Assembly (NCBI GenBank): GCA_965603825.1
Contig: CBFDEM010000005.1
Coordinates: forward strand, 310,001 to 374,000
DNA from: Blepharisma stoltei ATCC 30299
Lineage: Eukaryota > Protista > Ciliophora
DNA: 64,000 nt
Direction of reading: 5' to 3'
In this document: piece by piece, positions 46,956 through 60,517 of the stretch
Layout of the letters: each line of letters begins with the position of its first letter
Position numbering within the stretch: the stretch's first letter is position 1
The notes under the pieces: model-generated
Told to the model about the DNA's origin: nothing
Databases searched by the model: none
The model's input: the letters and a program-made list of their open reading frames with translations, nothing else
Position numbers and translations under genes: made by a program

Positions 46956-48065
46956 TTATGTTCATGCCTTCGAAGACGCTAAGACAATTTCATCTCTTTG
47001 GCTAGTGACTGATTTGAATTGGGCTTCTTCGATTTGTAGTAGATCTTTCACCCAAGAATTCCTCAGCAATTTTGGCACTTCAGTTGCTGGGAGTTTTACT
47101 ATTTCTTGGGTCGGTGAATTCAAAGCCAAGATTTTTCTCAAGAACTCAGGAGTTTCAATTGCATCCTCATTGCTTTCTTCGACGAAATTAAAGCGACTAT
47201 GAAGTCTTCGGGGCGCGAAGTCAAAACTATAAACTCTTGGCTTAGTTTTTGGAGGAGTCTGAAACTCTTCGCTGGAAACTCTTGGCTTAGTTTTTGGAGT
47301 CTGAAACTCTTCACTGGAAATTCTTGCTCTTTGAACTCGAGCTGAAGGAAGTACATGGTGTTTATCTGGCTTTGCTGCAATGACATTTAGTAGCGGAAAT
47401 ATGGAATTATGAGCCTGAATGTGACAATTATGCTGAATGTCTTCACGTGTGAAGGTATCTGACAAGCTTCCTTCTTCATGTAGATACATGCAATCAGGAT
47501 TTTGACATCTGGTTCCTTTTACATATGAATTGCAATATTTAGTAGTCCCATATGTAGCTTTTATTTCTCTCTCTTCATACACGAAGCCATCACAAGCCTA
47601 ATCGGATTTTACTTTAATACACAAAGTTGCCTCGACCTCGCTATGGTATGTTAGGTATGCACTGTATGACAAACCTGAAGGATTTGTATATGCATTGGCT
47701 TTATTTACAACACATTTTTTTATTCGGCCATATTGACCAAAAAACTTGTCCATGCTCATAACCTAAATAAAACTGACCTTCTCATCAGCCAAACTGGGAG
47801 AAAGCCCTATCAAGTAAACAAGATTTCTTTGGATTACTCGATACTTAGCAAGTTCAGCTCTGCTGTTTTGGTCACAGAGTTTTGAATATGATGAACTGAA
47901 TAAGGGTTACTTAAAGAATAAAGCTCTGTGACAGTGCGGACATCTGGGATTTATTGCATCTTCTGTTATATGGTTAGCACATTTGGTGCACAGGACTTGT
48001 CCGCAGTTACACAATTGACGTGATGGTAACGCTGTCTGGCAAACACCACAGATTCTGTCTTCCAT
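46956..48065 (-). CDS. CNOT4: CCR4-NOT subunit Not4-like (RING + RRM + CCCH)
   Basis: RING C..C/C.C/C..C/CPHC, RVIQRNLVYLIGL, FGQYGRI, YGTTKYC...C...C.YLH. 15-nt introns 47896-47910, 47763-47777, 47598-47612. Ends TGA ACA TAA. Confidence 0.88.
47231..47320 (-). repeat. Two-copy tandem duplication of about 42-45 nt in CNOT4 (SSEEFQTP(P)KTKPRV)
   Basis: AAACTCTTGGCTTAGTTTTTGGA(GGA)GTCTGAAACTCTTC occurs twice on the + strand. Confidence 0.85.
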
Positions 48066-48946
48066 AGATAATTTATAATAAAAGTTATTTTGATATCAAA
48101 GCCATTAGTTCAATAAACGCTTTAAATTTGAAAATTTAAACTTATTTTGGTGTAAAGGAAATGGCGTAGCAGATTAATCAGTAAGGATTAAAATTGGAAT
48201 TAAAATTTTTAAATTTGAATTCGAGCGGGTTTGCTACTCCCTATTAAATTCTTTGTTTATTGAGACAAAGGAATATCTAAATAACCTTTCTAAAGAGCAA
48301 TAATCTTTAGGAGGTATTTGCATTTAATTATCAACTATTATAGTAGTGCCAGCATCATTTAAAAATATAATTTAGATAAACTATAAAAACTAACGAGAAA
48401 ATAGTAATTTATAAACAATTAATAATTATTTAATAAGGTTCTTATTACATCATCTAAATGTTTATAAAATTATTAATAGACTTAATTTTTGAAACACTGA
48501 AATAAGTTGAAATAATTTAAGGATTCAAATGAGCCTGCAAGTTAATCAAATAGAATAAAGTTTTAGCAATGGCAAGGTAGACAGCTGAAATTAATAGCTG
48601 TTTCAAATAATTATGCTCAAATACAATAAAATTTAAAAAAATCAAAAGCTGGGCTTTAGAGGTATTTTATTTACGTTTTCATAATCCAGATGAATGAGAT
48701 GGATTTTTGCTGCGAGTAGACCATTTCAGTTCTTTTATCCGTGCAAAGTTTTCATCACAATGTGATAGCAAATATCATGGAAATTCACATATTTTCTGCT
48801 GTTAATCCCTTATCATTTTAGCATCAAAATAATTTAACTAGCAAAACATTTAGGCAAGATTATTGCTAAACTAATTATCTCATTTTCCTAACCGTTTTAA
48901 TTTAAATTTAAGTTAACTGAAATGAAAATACTAATTCATATAACTA

Positions 48947-51900
48947 ATGACTCAGCCTATTTTTAGATACGACGAAGCGAATTGGATAAATGATATTCTA
49001 TTCACATGAGCATTCTCCCCTATAAGGTTTTGAGTTAAAAATAAGCCAAATCCCTCAAATTTAGTGGATGTTCCAAAGAGATTGAAGTTTAACGAATCTG
49101 TTGATAAACTAGAAAAAGAATGAGAAAATGAGCTAAATAGTAAAAACCCGAGTTTTTTCAAAGCCTTAATTAGAGTTGTGGGCTGAGATTTTATAAAATA
49201 TTGTATACCAGGAATAATAGGCTACAATTTAGGACTGGTCCAAGCTGTCCTTGTTATTTTCTTAGTCGAGTACATGCGTGATGAAGATGCAGATCATTAT
49301 GAAGCAATTTATCTGGTTATCGCATACGCTACCTCAGTTATATCAGCCCATTTTTTGTTTACTATCAGTTCTTTCAAATTAAGGGTCTTAACTGCCAGAA
49401 TCAAATCAATAATCCCATGTGTTATATTTAAAAAAGTTTTGACAATGTCAAATGTAGCAATCTCAGAAGGAGACAATAAAGGAAAACTCTCTAATGTGAT
49501 TGCAACTGAACTAGAATTTCTTGATCTTTTATTTGTCACTATGCTTGTTCTGGCTATGCCAATTTTTATAATAGGATCATATATTATTTTAGGCATTTTG
49601 ATAGGTTGGGCTGGAATAATTGGCTTAACTATAGACATTCTTCATTTTCCTATAATAGTTTTATTAGCGAATATTGTAGGGAATTACAGGCTAAAAATTG
49701 CGATCCATAGTGATGGAAGAGTGAAAATGATCACAAACCTTATTGAAGGCATTAGAATTATTAAACTTTATGGGTGGGAAGATCCATATTTAGCTCTCAT
49801 TTATAAAAAAAGGCTTGAAGAAATAAGAGAAGCAATCCACAAAATAAATGTTTTTTCTATAGGAAACACAATCGGAACAGCAGGATCATGCTTGATTTTG
49901 CTCATAACTTTTTGGCTTTTTGTGCACTTTGGAAATGATTTAAGCAGTGGGGAAGTGTTTTGTGCAGCGACACTTTTATTGATGGCTCATGTCCTGATTA
50001 CTAGATCGGGAGTTGTAGCAATTACAACAATAGTGCTACTTATTCTGTCAATGCAGAGAGTAACCCAAATTATTTTGCTAAAACCAAGGCCAAAGTCTCA
50101 AAATTCAGACACAATGGGACATTCTGTGTCTGTGAAAAATGCAAGTTTTGGATATAATGGGGCTAATACTGGAAATAGCTCTGAGCTACATAAATTGAGC
50201 GAAGGAGATGGAGAAAAAGAGCCTGCACTAATTGGCATTAATTTTGAGCTCGAAATTGGCGAGCTTTTAATTGTAGTTGGACCTTCAGGGTCTGGAAAAA
50301 GCACTCTTTTGATGGGATTATTACAAGAAATAGCTTTAAAGTCAGGGAACTTCGGAGTGAATGGGAAAATTGCATATTCTGGAGATAACCCTTGAATTGT
50401 TTCTGGTACTATAAAGGAAAATATTGTGATGGGCAGCGAGTATAACGAAGAACTATATAACAGAGTAATTTTTGCATGTGCACTTGAAAAAGACTTAAAG
50501 CTGCTTACGTATGGAGATAATACAAATATTGGGAATAGAGGAATAACTTTAAGTGGAGGCCAGAAAGCAAGAATATGCCTTGCCAGAGCAGTCTATACTA
50601 ATAGAGATATAATCCTTCTTGATGACCCTTTAAGTTCTTTTGATCCAGAAGTAAGCGCTCATATATGAAAATACTGCATTAAAGGAATATTAAGCGGCAA
50701 AACGATCGTTATTGCAACTCACCAACTTCAGCTTGCTTCAAAAGCTGATAAAATATTAATTCTATTTCAAGGAAGGCAGATTTTCTTTGGAAATAGTGAG
50801 GAATTGAAAACAAGGGAAAATATCGTGAATATCCTTGGCGACTTAAATGACACTTCATCTGTATCTACTATTAAAAATAGCGACCTAGATAGTCTGATCA
50901 GTGCAAATGTTAACCAAGATAAAATTTCTATTGAAGATGAGGCAAGTAGCAAGCCAGTTGTGGTGAAGTCTTACTTTAGGTACTTACTTTATGGGTATAA
51001 ATACTCATTTATTTTCGTGATAATTTTTCTTATTTTAATTGCAGCCCACGCAGCAAGTGTTGCTGTGATGTGGTGGCTTGCAATATGAGCTGCACAATCC
51101 GAAAGTGAACAGGAAAACAACTACTACGTATATGTTTTTGCAATTATTTCCTTACTAAGCTTGATTACAGCATTTCTAAGATGCTACATTCTGTATTATG
51201 GTATGGCTATAAGTGGTAGAAATCTTCACAACGCCGCACTTGCAGGGATCACTAAAACAAATACATGATATTTTGATAAAAACCCTACGGGAAGAATGAT
51301 AAATAGGTTTTCAAAAGACACTTTATTAATGGACGAAATTTTAATGATGCATCTTTTTGAATTCGTCCACACACTAATTTTGCTTTGGGGTACATTTATA
51401 GTAGTCACCATTGTAGCTCCTCTTAACGTATTTGCTATTACAGCCTATCTGGTTTATGTGATATTTTTAGCACTAAAACTAGTCCCAATTTCTAAAGAAC
51501 TGAGATCAATTGAGTTGATGTCCAAAAGTCCAATTTTTTCTATTTGCAATGAATCTGTGCTGGGGCTGGTCTATATAAGGTCTTTTGATCTCCAAGAAAA
51601 GTTCTATTTAGATCTAAGGAAAGCTGTGGAGCATAATCTTAAATGCATATTAAATAACGAACTCTGCATAAGGTTCTATCAAGCTTATATTGAATTGGGA
51701 GGCACTTTATTGAATATTATAAATGTCATTATACTTGTAGTTTTTCGAGATTATGTAAGGGAAGAATTCGCAGCTATGAGCATGTCACTATTGATATCAA
51801 TTTTAGCTTTGGCATCTTGGTGGGCTGAAATGATGATAGAGACTGAAAATTTAATGTCTTCTCCACAGAGATTGATGGAGTATGCAGATTTGCCTGTGGA

Positions 51901-52705
51901 AGGAAATTTTGACTCAAGCAAAAAATTCGTGATACATTCAGGCAAAATCGAAGTACAAAACTTATGGATGAGGTATCAAGACAATTTACCATTTGCTCTC
52001 CAATATCTTGATTTCTATATAGAGCCTGCTCAAAAAGTTGGAATTGTAGGGAGAACAGGCTCAGGGAAATCCTCTTTTATGCAAGTTCTTTTTAGGCTGA
52101 TCAACCCTTATTCTGGCACGATTATAATTGATGGACAAGATTACAGAGAAGCCGGGCTTCACCAGTTACGCAAACAGATGTCAGTGATTCCTCAGTCCCC
52201 TACGATATTTTTAGCAAGCTTCAGAGATAATCTTGATCCTTTCCATGAGCATACTGAAGAGGAAATCATGCAAGTCCTCAAAGAAACCAGACTTTATGAT
52301 AAAATAAATTCATATCCAGACGGGCTTAACCACATTTTGAATGGTGACGGAGGAGGCTTATCTGCAGGGCAAAAACAATTAGTTTGTTTAGCAAGAGCAG
52401 TGATAAGAAAAAACAAAATCGTAATGATGGATGAAGCGACTTCGAATGTCGATTTCGAGACTGATAAATTTATACACAAAAAAATTAAAAAAATGTTTGT
52501 TGACAGCACTTTACTTATAATAGCGCATAGATTGAGAACAATTATTGATATGGAAAAGATCATTGTGATGGAAGAAGGGACTTGCAAAGAATTCGGAGAT
52601 CCGAAAGAGCTTGTGAAAAACGAAGATTCTTTGTTTAGAAAAATGATAATGTACACTGGACAAGTGGAATCTCAGTATTTGCTGAAGAAATTAATAATTG
52701 ATTAA
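48947..52705 (+). CDS. ABCC/MRP4-like ABC transporter (1252 aa)
   Basis: One frame with at least 8 TGA. TMD-NBD-TMD-NBD layout: GPSGSGKS, LSGGQKAR, LLDDPLS, GRTGSGKS, LSAGQKQL, MMDEAT. Confidence 0.92.
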
Positions 52706-52760
52706 TATGAGTTTTATAATAAATAAATAAATAAATAAATAATTTTGCAAGACAATAGGA

Positions 52761-55103
52761 ATGTCCATTCAAGAAGGCCAGAATTGATCTCAGTTGCCTA
52801 ATTTAGATGTCCAAAATAGAGATCAAGCTATTGTTAATCCTTCTGATATAGAAGAAAATAGCAACGCAGAACCTTATTATGAAGAATCTGTCTACCAAAA
52901 ATTGGTCAGGCCTTGCAACAGATATGATGAGTTTATGGGGAAATTTACTGCCAATGGGTCAATGCCACCTCCTTGTTTGGCTCAATATTTCGTAAAAGAA
53001 CAAAAAGTATCCAATCCAAGGTTCCTCAGATTTACATGCACAAACTGCTCTCTTAATGAAAATATACAATACAATATCGGAATTCCTCTCGGAGCAATTT
53101 GGCAGCCTTTTGCAGAACTCTCACCTGAAGATGATAAGGTACCTTTAATAGAAAGAGAACCTCTTAGATGCACAAACTGTCTTGCTTATATGAATGCACA
53201 TTTTAAATTTTCTAATAATGATTTCAAATGCAATATATGCGGATATGTACAAAAATATTCTAAAGAATACTTTAAATCTCAAGGCTCATTTCCAGAATTC
53301 AGCCGAGGAACTTATAAGTATCTAATATCAAAGGAATTGCAGGGGAGCATCGATAAAAATATATATTATTTGGTATGCATCGATATAACGAATTTTTCTT
53401 TAGGGCTGGGTGTTTATCAGCAAGTTTTATCATCAATAAGAGATATTTTGAATTATATCCCTAATCCAGAAATTGTAAAGATTGGAATCATAACATATGA
53501 CTCATTTCTTCACTTTTTTAGTTTGAATAACTCTCCTGAAAGTATTCAAGAAGTCATTGTTTCAGATGAAAATGATCTATTTATCCCATTCCATTTTTCA
53601 TCACTATGTTATAATGCACAAACCGAAAAAGAAAAGATTGAAAATTTAATAGACAGTTTATTGGGATGAGAGTTCTCTGAAATAAGTAAAAATACTTTAC
53701 CTGTTGCCACTATTATTGATTTGGTTAAAAATCATTTTAAAGGAGATGCTGCATGCCGACTTCTTTTATTTTCAAGTAAGGCTGAAAGTCTAAAAACAGA
53801 AAAATTAAATTATTTAGGCTCTTTAGAGGAGTTCATTAGGCTTGGTAAAGAATGCACAGAAAATTCTCTATGTGTTGATTTATTTTTATTTAGTAATAGC
53901 GTGGATATTTCTTCTCTAGCAACGCTTTCTTCACAAACTGGCGGAGATATCTATTATTACCCAAAATATTTATCAAAATATGACGGTGAAAAACTTTATT
54001 ACCAGTTATTGAGGATATTTACTCGACCACAAGTTTTTGATGCAAATATGAGAATCCGATGCAGCATAAAAATGGCTATTGATGATTGTATTGGGAATTT
54101 TATAAAGAAAAGCCCAGTTGAAATGCAAGTGGCTGCTATTGATAGTGATAAATCTATCGGAATAATGCTTAAATATGATGGAGTGCTTGTAGAAAATGAA
54201 AAAGTTTATCTCCAATGTGCAATTTTATATAGAAATAATTTAGGACAGAAAATTTTAAGAATTTATAATGGACTTATGATTGCAGATGAGAATTCAAAAT
54301 TTACACATACTGAATATGGAGATTTGGACACAATTAATAACATCTTAGTTAAAAAGTATGCAAAAATGATGTTTGAAAAACAACTGCAAAATGTGAAGAG
54401 TGATTGATATAATTTCATCTATAGAGTCACTAATTATTATGGATGGGTTATTTCAGGCGCAGGATCAGATGTATTAAAACCACATTTTGTTGATATGCTG
54501 CCCTTATTTTACAATACAGCAAATAAACTTGCAGGACTTTCATTTAATCAATCTATATCAGATGACATTAGGCTGGTGTCTTCATTTTCTTTATATTCTA
54601 TATCTTCATCAAAGCTACGTCTTTTATTATATCCAAATATTTATAAACTGCATGACATAATGGCTCAGCCCCGCCTTCCTGGGACTGCCTCGAGCTCAAC
54701 TACAATTTATCTACCTGATACTGTGCCTTGTAAAAGGGAAAGCTTATCTCCTGAAGGGGTTTATTTGCTTGCAAATGGAGATATAATTGTTATTTTTATC
54801 GGGAAAAATGCACCAGAAGAATTTTTAATTAAACTATTTGGGAAGCCTTTAGATCAGCTGAGTAAAGAGGAAATTGATATAAAAAATATAGGAACTGAAG
54901 AATCAGAAAGAATTTCTTTAATCATAAATGAATCACGAATAAAAAATCCAAATGGAATACCTCCTCTTTATTTTTATTTAGAAGAAAAAGATAACTATGA
55001 ACTAATAAAACAATTTATGGTGGAAGATCAAAACGGAAATGAAACAAGTTATGAATTATTTGTAGAAAATATAAATTCTTTGGTGCAGTATTATGAAGAT
55101 TAA
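52761..55103 (+). CDS. SEC24: COPII coat protein Sec24-like (780 aa)
   Basis: IPLGAIWQPFA, Zn finger RCTNCLAYMN...CNIC, trunk domain TGGDIYYY, MRIRCS, gelsolin-like tail. 3 TGA. Confidence 0.88.
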
Positions 55104-55314
55104 TTTTAAACTATATAAGGCCAAGTCAGTATTTTATAAATGCTTATGAACTTTTCGTTATTAATTATTAAAAATTATTTGAACTTGTTAAGAATTTTTA
55201 TGAAAATATTTTCTCTAAAGTTTTTATTAATGTCCTATTGTCTCTATTTATCCCTATTTCCTCCTAAAATAGGACTAATTTTTCTATTCTCACATGTATC
55301 TATTTCTAAATAAA

Positions 55315-55863
55315 ATGGATATACAATTTTCCTCTAAGCAGCTATATGGAGGTGCTATTGAAGCAGAATTTCCAAGCTCCGTTAGCGATTTGTCTCAAGT
55401 TACATTTGTTCCAGATAACCAAGAAGTTTTTACAGATTTAAACACAGAAGCTACTCTTATACTAGATCTACTTGAGCGTGCAGAGTGTCAAGATGAAAAC
55501 TCTGCAGCTTACCATTATAATGATCTTGCCGGCCAAAACGAAAGTTCAGGTCCAGGGCAATCCACAATTATTTCAACACGCGAAATTTCTCCTCAAGAAA
55601 TGCCAAATATTCCTGCTGATTGGAAAAAATACATAATTAAAGGCCAAATGCTGATAAAGCCAGATAAAGGCCAATTTACTGATAGAGATCTAGTTAATAT
55701 TCTGATGCTTATTATCAGAATCGCTGAAGTAGAAACAGATATTGTTTTTCATATTAACTTACCGGTAAAAGAAAGGATAGACCAAGAAAACGCTATGATC
55801 GAAAAATACTTTAAACGGTTTATGGAGTCATTTAAAATCAATGATATGGGTCTTTTTGGGTAA
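55315..55863 (+). CDS. MOG1: Mog1 / Ran guanine nucleotide release factor
   Basis: LYGGAI, DLSQVTFVPDNQEVF, LILDLLE, HYNDLA, C-terminal GLFG. Confidence 0.88.
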   Translation: MDIQFSSKQLYGGAIEAEFPSSVSDLSQVTFVPDNQEVFTDLNTEATLILDLLERAECQDENSAAYHYNDLAGQNESSGPGQSTIISTREISPQEMPNIPADWKKYIIKGQMLIKPDKGQFTDRDLVNILMLIIRIAEVETDIVFHINLPVKERIDQENAMIEKYFKRFMESFKINDMGLFG

Positions 55864-55915
55864 TGAAGTTAAAATTAATATGAATTTCTAGATTATCGAT
55901 AATAAAATATTTTAT

Positions 55916-56659
55916 ATGAAAACCAACCAAGATTTCTTCTCCTTGCATTTCTGCTTACTGGGGACAGCTCAGCTCAGCCTTATTTATGGAAAAGCTGAAT
56001 TATTAAAGGAGGTTCCATATGTCTTTATATTATCTCCATCACTGTGCTATTTATTGATAGAAATCATCTTAGCTATTATAGAGATTATTAATTCTGAAGA
56101 AGTCACTCAATCAGAAGCCTTAAAAATTTTGATAAAATTTGCAACACTTGGACTTGCTTTTACAAGTATCATTTTTTTGATAGAAAGCATGGATTCAGGG
56201 TTTGAATCGCTAGTCCCGATATTATTACCTTTATTTTTAATACTTGCAATGCATAGCTCATGTAGAGTACTGCATAAGCCTCCACCAATAATTTCATCAA
56301 TCCTCAATATATTACCGCCTACATTATCTGTTTGCACTATAAATGGGACATGCAGCTCAATGTATGTATCTTTATTTTCTTCCGTTTTTAGTGCATTTGG
56401 GGCATCTATATCAGATTTTATTACAATTTTAAACCCTTTGACCTATCTTTTGCTATTCTTGACAATACTTTCACTTTTTTTTTCAAAGCACTCAATAAAG
56501 CATCCACCTTTTCTTTTGGGATTATTTTCAACAGTTGGAATATTATTATTCCAATATCTAGATTTATTTATGATGATTTTAATGTCAAATGGCTTGCTAA
56601 TGGTATCTGTATTATGGAATAATCAAATGATAAAAGTCGGGGAATTCAAACGTATTTAA
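55916..56659 (+). CDS. Polytopic membrane protein, C-terminal half possibly MerC-like
   Basis: About 7-8 hydrophobic helices. A CTINGTC pair precedes the last helices. Confidence 0.6.
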   Translation: MKTNQDFFSLHFCLLGTAQLSLIYGKAELLKEVPYVFILSPSLCYLLIEIILAIIEIINSEEVTQSEALKILIKFATLGLAFTSIIFLIESMDSGFESLVPILLPLFLILAMHSSCRVLHKPPPIISSILNILPPTLSVCTINGTCSSMYVSLFSSVFSAFGASISDFITILNPLTYLLLFLTILSLFFSKHSIKHPPFLLGLFSTVGILLFQYLDLFMMILMSNGLLMVSVLWNNQMIKVGEFKRI

Positions 56660-56712
56660 TTGCTAATCAATTTTATTGAGTTGCTGTTATATTTAATTAA
56701 TAAACCGAAAAA

Positions 56713-57690
56713 TTAATTAAAAATATTTTCTTTATTTTCTTGAGTTTCTGTATATATTCTGCTTGAGAAATCTGATATCTCCTTCTTGTCATCATTGACA
56801 TTACTATCTTCAATTTTAATTTTCTCTTGGAAATTTAGCCTCAAAGGGCTACCATTGAAATGCTTTAGAGGAGCAGAAGATGGCTCTGAATTGATTCTCT
56901 TTGGATGAACTGGCGGCTTTGCTGGGGTGCTTGGCTTAGAGTTTCTCATTTCTGTGTTAATATTATCAAATTCGTTCTGTTTATCACTTCATTCTTCGTT
57001 TCTTTTTACTGGTGAAACAGAAGAAACCCTCAGTGTATTGTTTACTTTGCTGTATTTTATTTCAATTTTTTTGCTTGTTATGTCCCCAAGATCTAAATTT
57101 GAGCTCTTTGACCTTTTTTTTCTTTCACAGGATTTTTGTGTTTTTATTACTCTTTTAGCCTCATTTAAGATTTTTTGTTTCAAAATATTGACCTGGTTTT
57201 CTATTGATGAAGAAAGCCCTGATGAATACTCAATTGATTGCTTCGAATGCTTTACGATGTGTTTGTCAGGAGAGTCAATTAAAGGCTGTGCGCACAGCTT
57301 ATAAGATTTGTAGGACTTTGAGTGAATAGCTTGATCTGATAGTTTTGTTAGGCTAACTAAGTATTTTTTATTTTGTTTGATGTTCCTGATGTGTTGTTTG
57401 ATTTCTGAAGATAAGACCTTTAAATCATCATGACCGTTTTGCGCAGTGTCTATTCTTTCTTTGTTTGAAGTCATGATACCTGAGATAATTTCTTTGTGAA
57501 TTTTTATGATTTTATTGTATTCTGGCAAGAAAGGGGTTTGATATTTGGAGAGCAGAGATGAATAGGCACTACTCAGTTTGCTATGAGCTTTCGCTGACTC
57601 TTTAAGGAATTTTTTAATTGACCTTACAAAAGAAAGGCAATTTTCCAATTCTCCTTCAGGGATATCTAAGGTATTTGAAATAGTTTCCAT
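56713..57690 (-). CDS. Hypothetical protein (325 aa)
   Basis: Two ORFs join through TGA 56989-56991. Helical N-terminus, C-terminal KEN. Confidence 0.65.
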
Positions 57691-57745
57691 ATGATTATAG
57701 CATCCCCCTCTTAAAAAACAATTTTCATTTTTCTAAAATAAATAA

Positions 57746-60517
57746 TTAGAGATCTTCTTTAAAATCTTTATCTGTTCCCTCCTGAGCTTTTTCACCTTCA
57801 CTCTCTCCATCTGCAGTTTTTTCTTTCTCATCCTTGGCTTCCTCAGCTTTTTGTCCTTGATTTTTATCTTCTTCTTTCTTTTCTTCATTCTTCATATCTT
57901 CACTGCTATAAGATTCTCCATCTACAGTCACATTTTCCATCTTTACCTTGCTCCAGTCAAAATCTTTTCCAAAATTCATGAACTCAGGGACCTTTGGCTT
58001 AGGTTTTTGCATTCTCTGTAATTTTTCTACCTGCTTAACTGCTTGGTCAACTTTACTCGAAATTTCGCTGGTTTTGAAAGCTAACGGATCCCAAGGGTTC
58101 TTAGCCTTTTGCTCTGCTACTCTTTCAGAAATCCAAGAGCGAGTATTATTGATTGTGAGTCTTGTGAAAGCCATTTCTTCTTTTGGTATCCAAGGTTTCG
58201 TTGCATTAATTGTCACAAGCTTTTCTTCTAGTTTTAATATTTGAGCTAAGGCATCAGCTACAGCTTGATCTCTAATTTCTGATTCTTTTTCTCTTTCCAA
58301 AGCATCGGCAATTTTACCTTCCAAGTCTTTTTTAGCTTTTTTGATTTCTGTGGAATTTGCAATTGTGTATTCGGCTGATTCCATCCAGTCGTGGGTTTCT
58401 GAGATGGATTTGGAGTATTCCTCGCGCTCATTTTCTTGAGTTACTTGAATAAAAGCTGATTCTTCAAGTTTTTCTCGGAGGAAATAGATGTATGACTCCA
58501 AGTCGTTTTTCACTTCGGCTAGTCTTTTCTTTTCTTCTTCTTTGGTTTTAAAAGCACCAATGCGAGTCATGAGTTCATAAGCGGCTTCTTGTTTGAGAGT
58601 TCTTGGGATTTCTAAATCAGTTTCATTGAATTCAAGCTTTTTGTCTTGCATTTCTTTTACAGTGATTTCTTCGTACTCAATTTTATCTGAAGTGCTGTTT
58701 TTAACTTCAGAAGCTGCTTCAGTGTCTTTGTGTTCTTCTTTCTCTTTAGAATCCTCTGATGTTTTTTCTTCATTTTTGTTTTCGCCTTCCTCCTGAGTAT
58801 TTTCTTTTTCTTTATTATCCTCTTCTACTTTATCTTCATTCTTGCTTTCCTCTTTTTCGCTTTCTCCTTTCTCAGTTGCTTTTTCTTCCTCTACCTTTTT
58901 ATCTTTTTGTTTTGGAACCTTTTTAACTACATTAACTTCAATTCTGCTATGGACTTCATATAAGAAAGGCAAATTGCTTGAGTCTAGTGCAAAAAGGAAT
59001 AAAAGATCCACCTCTTTTCCAGACTGAACAAATAAGTCTTGAATCCCATGAACATCATAACTGAGAGCATCTACCACTTTATCTCCATAAGCTATTTGCA
59101 AAATAATTTTAAGATCTTCTGTATGCTTCAAAATTACTCTTTCCAAATTTCTTACAGGAACTCCATATGGGAAGACCTCTACTGTCTTAAAAGGCTCACT
59201 TCCATCCTTTGTGTAGAATTGTGCAGTAACATTATAAAGATTGATGTCGGTCAGCCACAGTGGCTTTACATGCACAACTTGGCTATAATTTGCAGCAAAA
59301 AGAGCGGCACCGTGAGCCATAGCTTCGTCTCCATTCAGATGAGTCCCTAGTTCTACTTTCAGCTTGTCTTTTAGCACATCTTGGACTTTTGGAATTCTGC
59401 TGACTCCTCCTATTAGCTCAAAGCTATTTATTTGTTCAATGGTTAGTCCAGCGATTTCTAATGCTTTATTTACTGGCTCGACTAGTTTATCAAGGAATGG
59501 AGCCATCATTTCTTCGAACGCATCTCTAGTTAGAGTGATTTTCAAGTCTTTTTCTTTATAGAGGCTATTTACTGTGACTGGGACAACTTTACTAGCACTT
59601 AATGTTTTTTTGGTAGACTGTGCTTGATGGAATAGCCTAATCATAGCTCTTGACGATTCTCTTGCATTCAGTCCAGTGCTTTTTTGAAACTCTTCCACAA
59701 AATGTTCAGCTAAAAGCTTATCAAAGAAGCTTCCTCCTAAGTATTTATCGGATGCGTGTGCAAGAATCTGGATATTTTCTATTTGTTTATTTGTGGTCCC
59801 AAACATTCTCTCGACTGTTGAATACTCTGCGATTGTAACTTGCAAATAGCTAGCCCCAAGGTTATAAAACAGTGCCCTATGGGTAGTTGTATTATCTAAT
59901 CTATCAATCCCATAGTAAAATGCAGCAGCTGTATTTTCATTTACAAACGACAATACATTGAGCCCAGCTGCATAAGCAGAATATATTAAGGCAAACCTTT
60001 GAGCTCTAGTCCAAAAACTTGGTACTGTGATTGTACAATCCTTCACATGTCCCTCTGCAAATTTTTCTGTGATTTTTTTGGCGTGTTCCAAAACCATGAC
60101 AACTACTTCTTCATTAGTAAGATCAAGCCCTTTAATTCTGTAGCTGATACTAGTTCTGTTTTCGTCTTCAAAAAGCTCGATTGGCTGGAATGTTGATAAA
60201 AAATTTTGACGAGCTTTGACATCGGTATATGGGATCCCTAGAAGGCGATGCGGAAAAGCAATTGCGAGATCTGGCTTTTTAGACTGCTCTTTTAAGGCAT
60301 TTTCTCCAAATAAGCGCCCTTGTTCTGTGAATGCGATGGCTGAAGGAGTCGCTCTTTTGGAATGCTCATTTTCTACGATAACTAGTTTTTTGCCAGGACG
60401 GATAAGTGAAATCTAGGTAAAAGTTACTTTGAAATTGTCAGTTCCAAAATCAATTCCAATCACACTTGCAGTTGCAAGAAAAGTCAGAAGGTAGAAAAGA
60501 AAGATTGTGTTTTTCAT
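57746..60517 (-). CDS. HYOU1: ER Hsp70-family chaperone GRP170/HYOU1
   Basis: Signal peptide, VIGIDFG, SKRATPS, ITVPSFW, IGGVSRIPKVQ, LNGDEA, C-terminal KEDL. 15-nt intron 60413-60427. Confidence 0.92.

Noticed and set aside
48160-48245. GTAGCA...TGCTAC inverted pair and TTCGA resembling a tRNA or structured RNA
   Set aside because: I could not build a cloverleaf or find proper A/B boxes.
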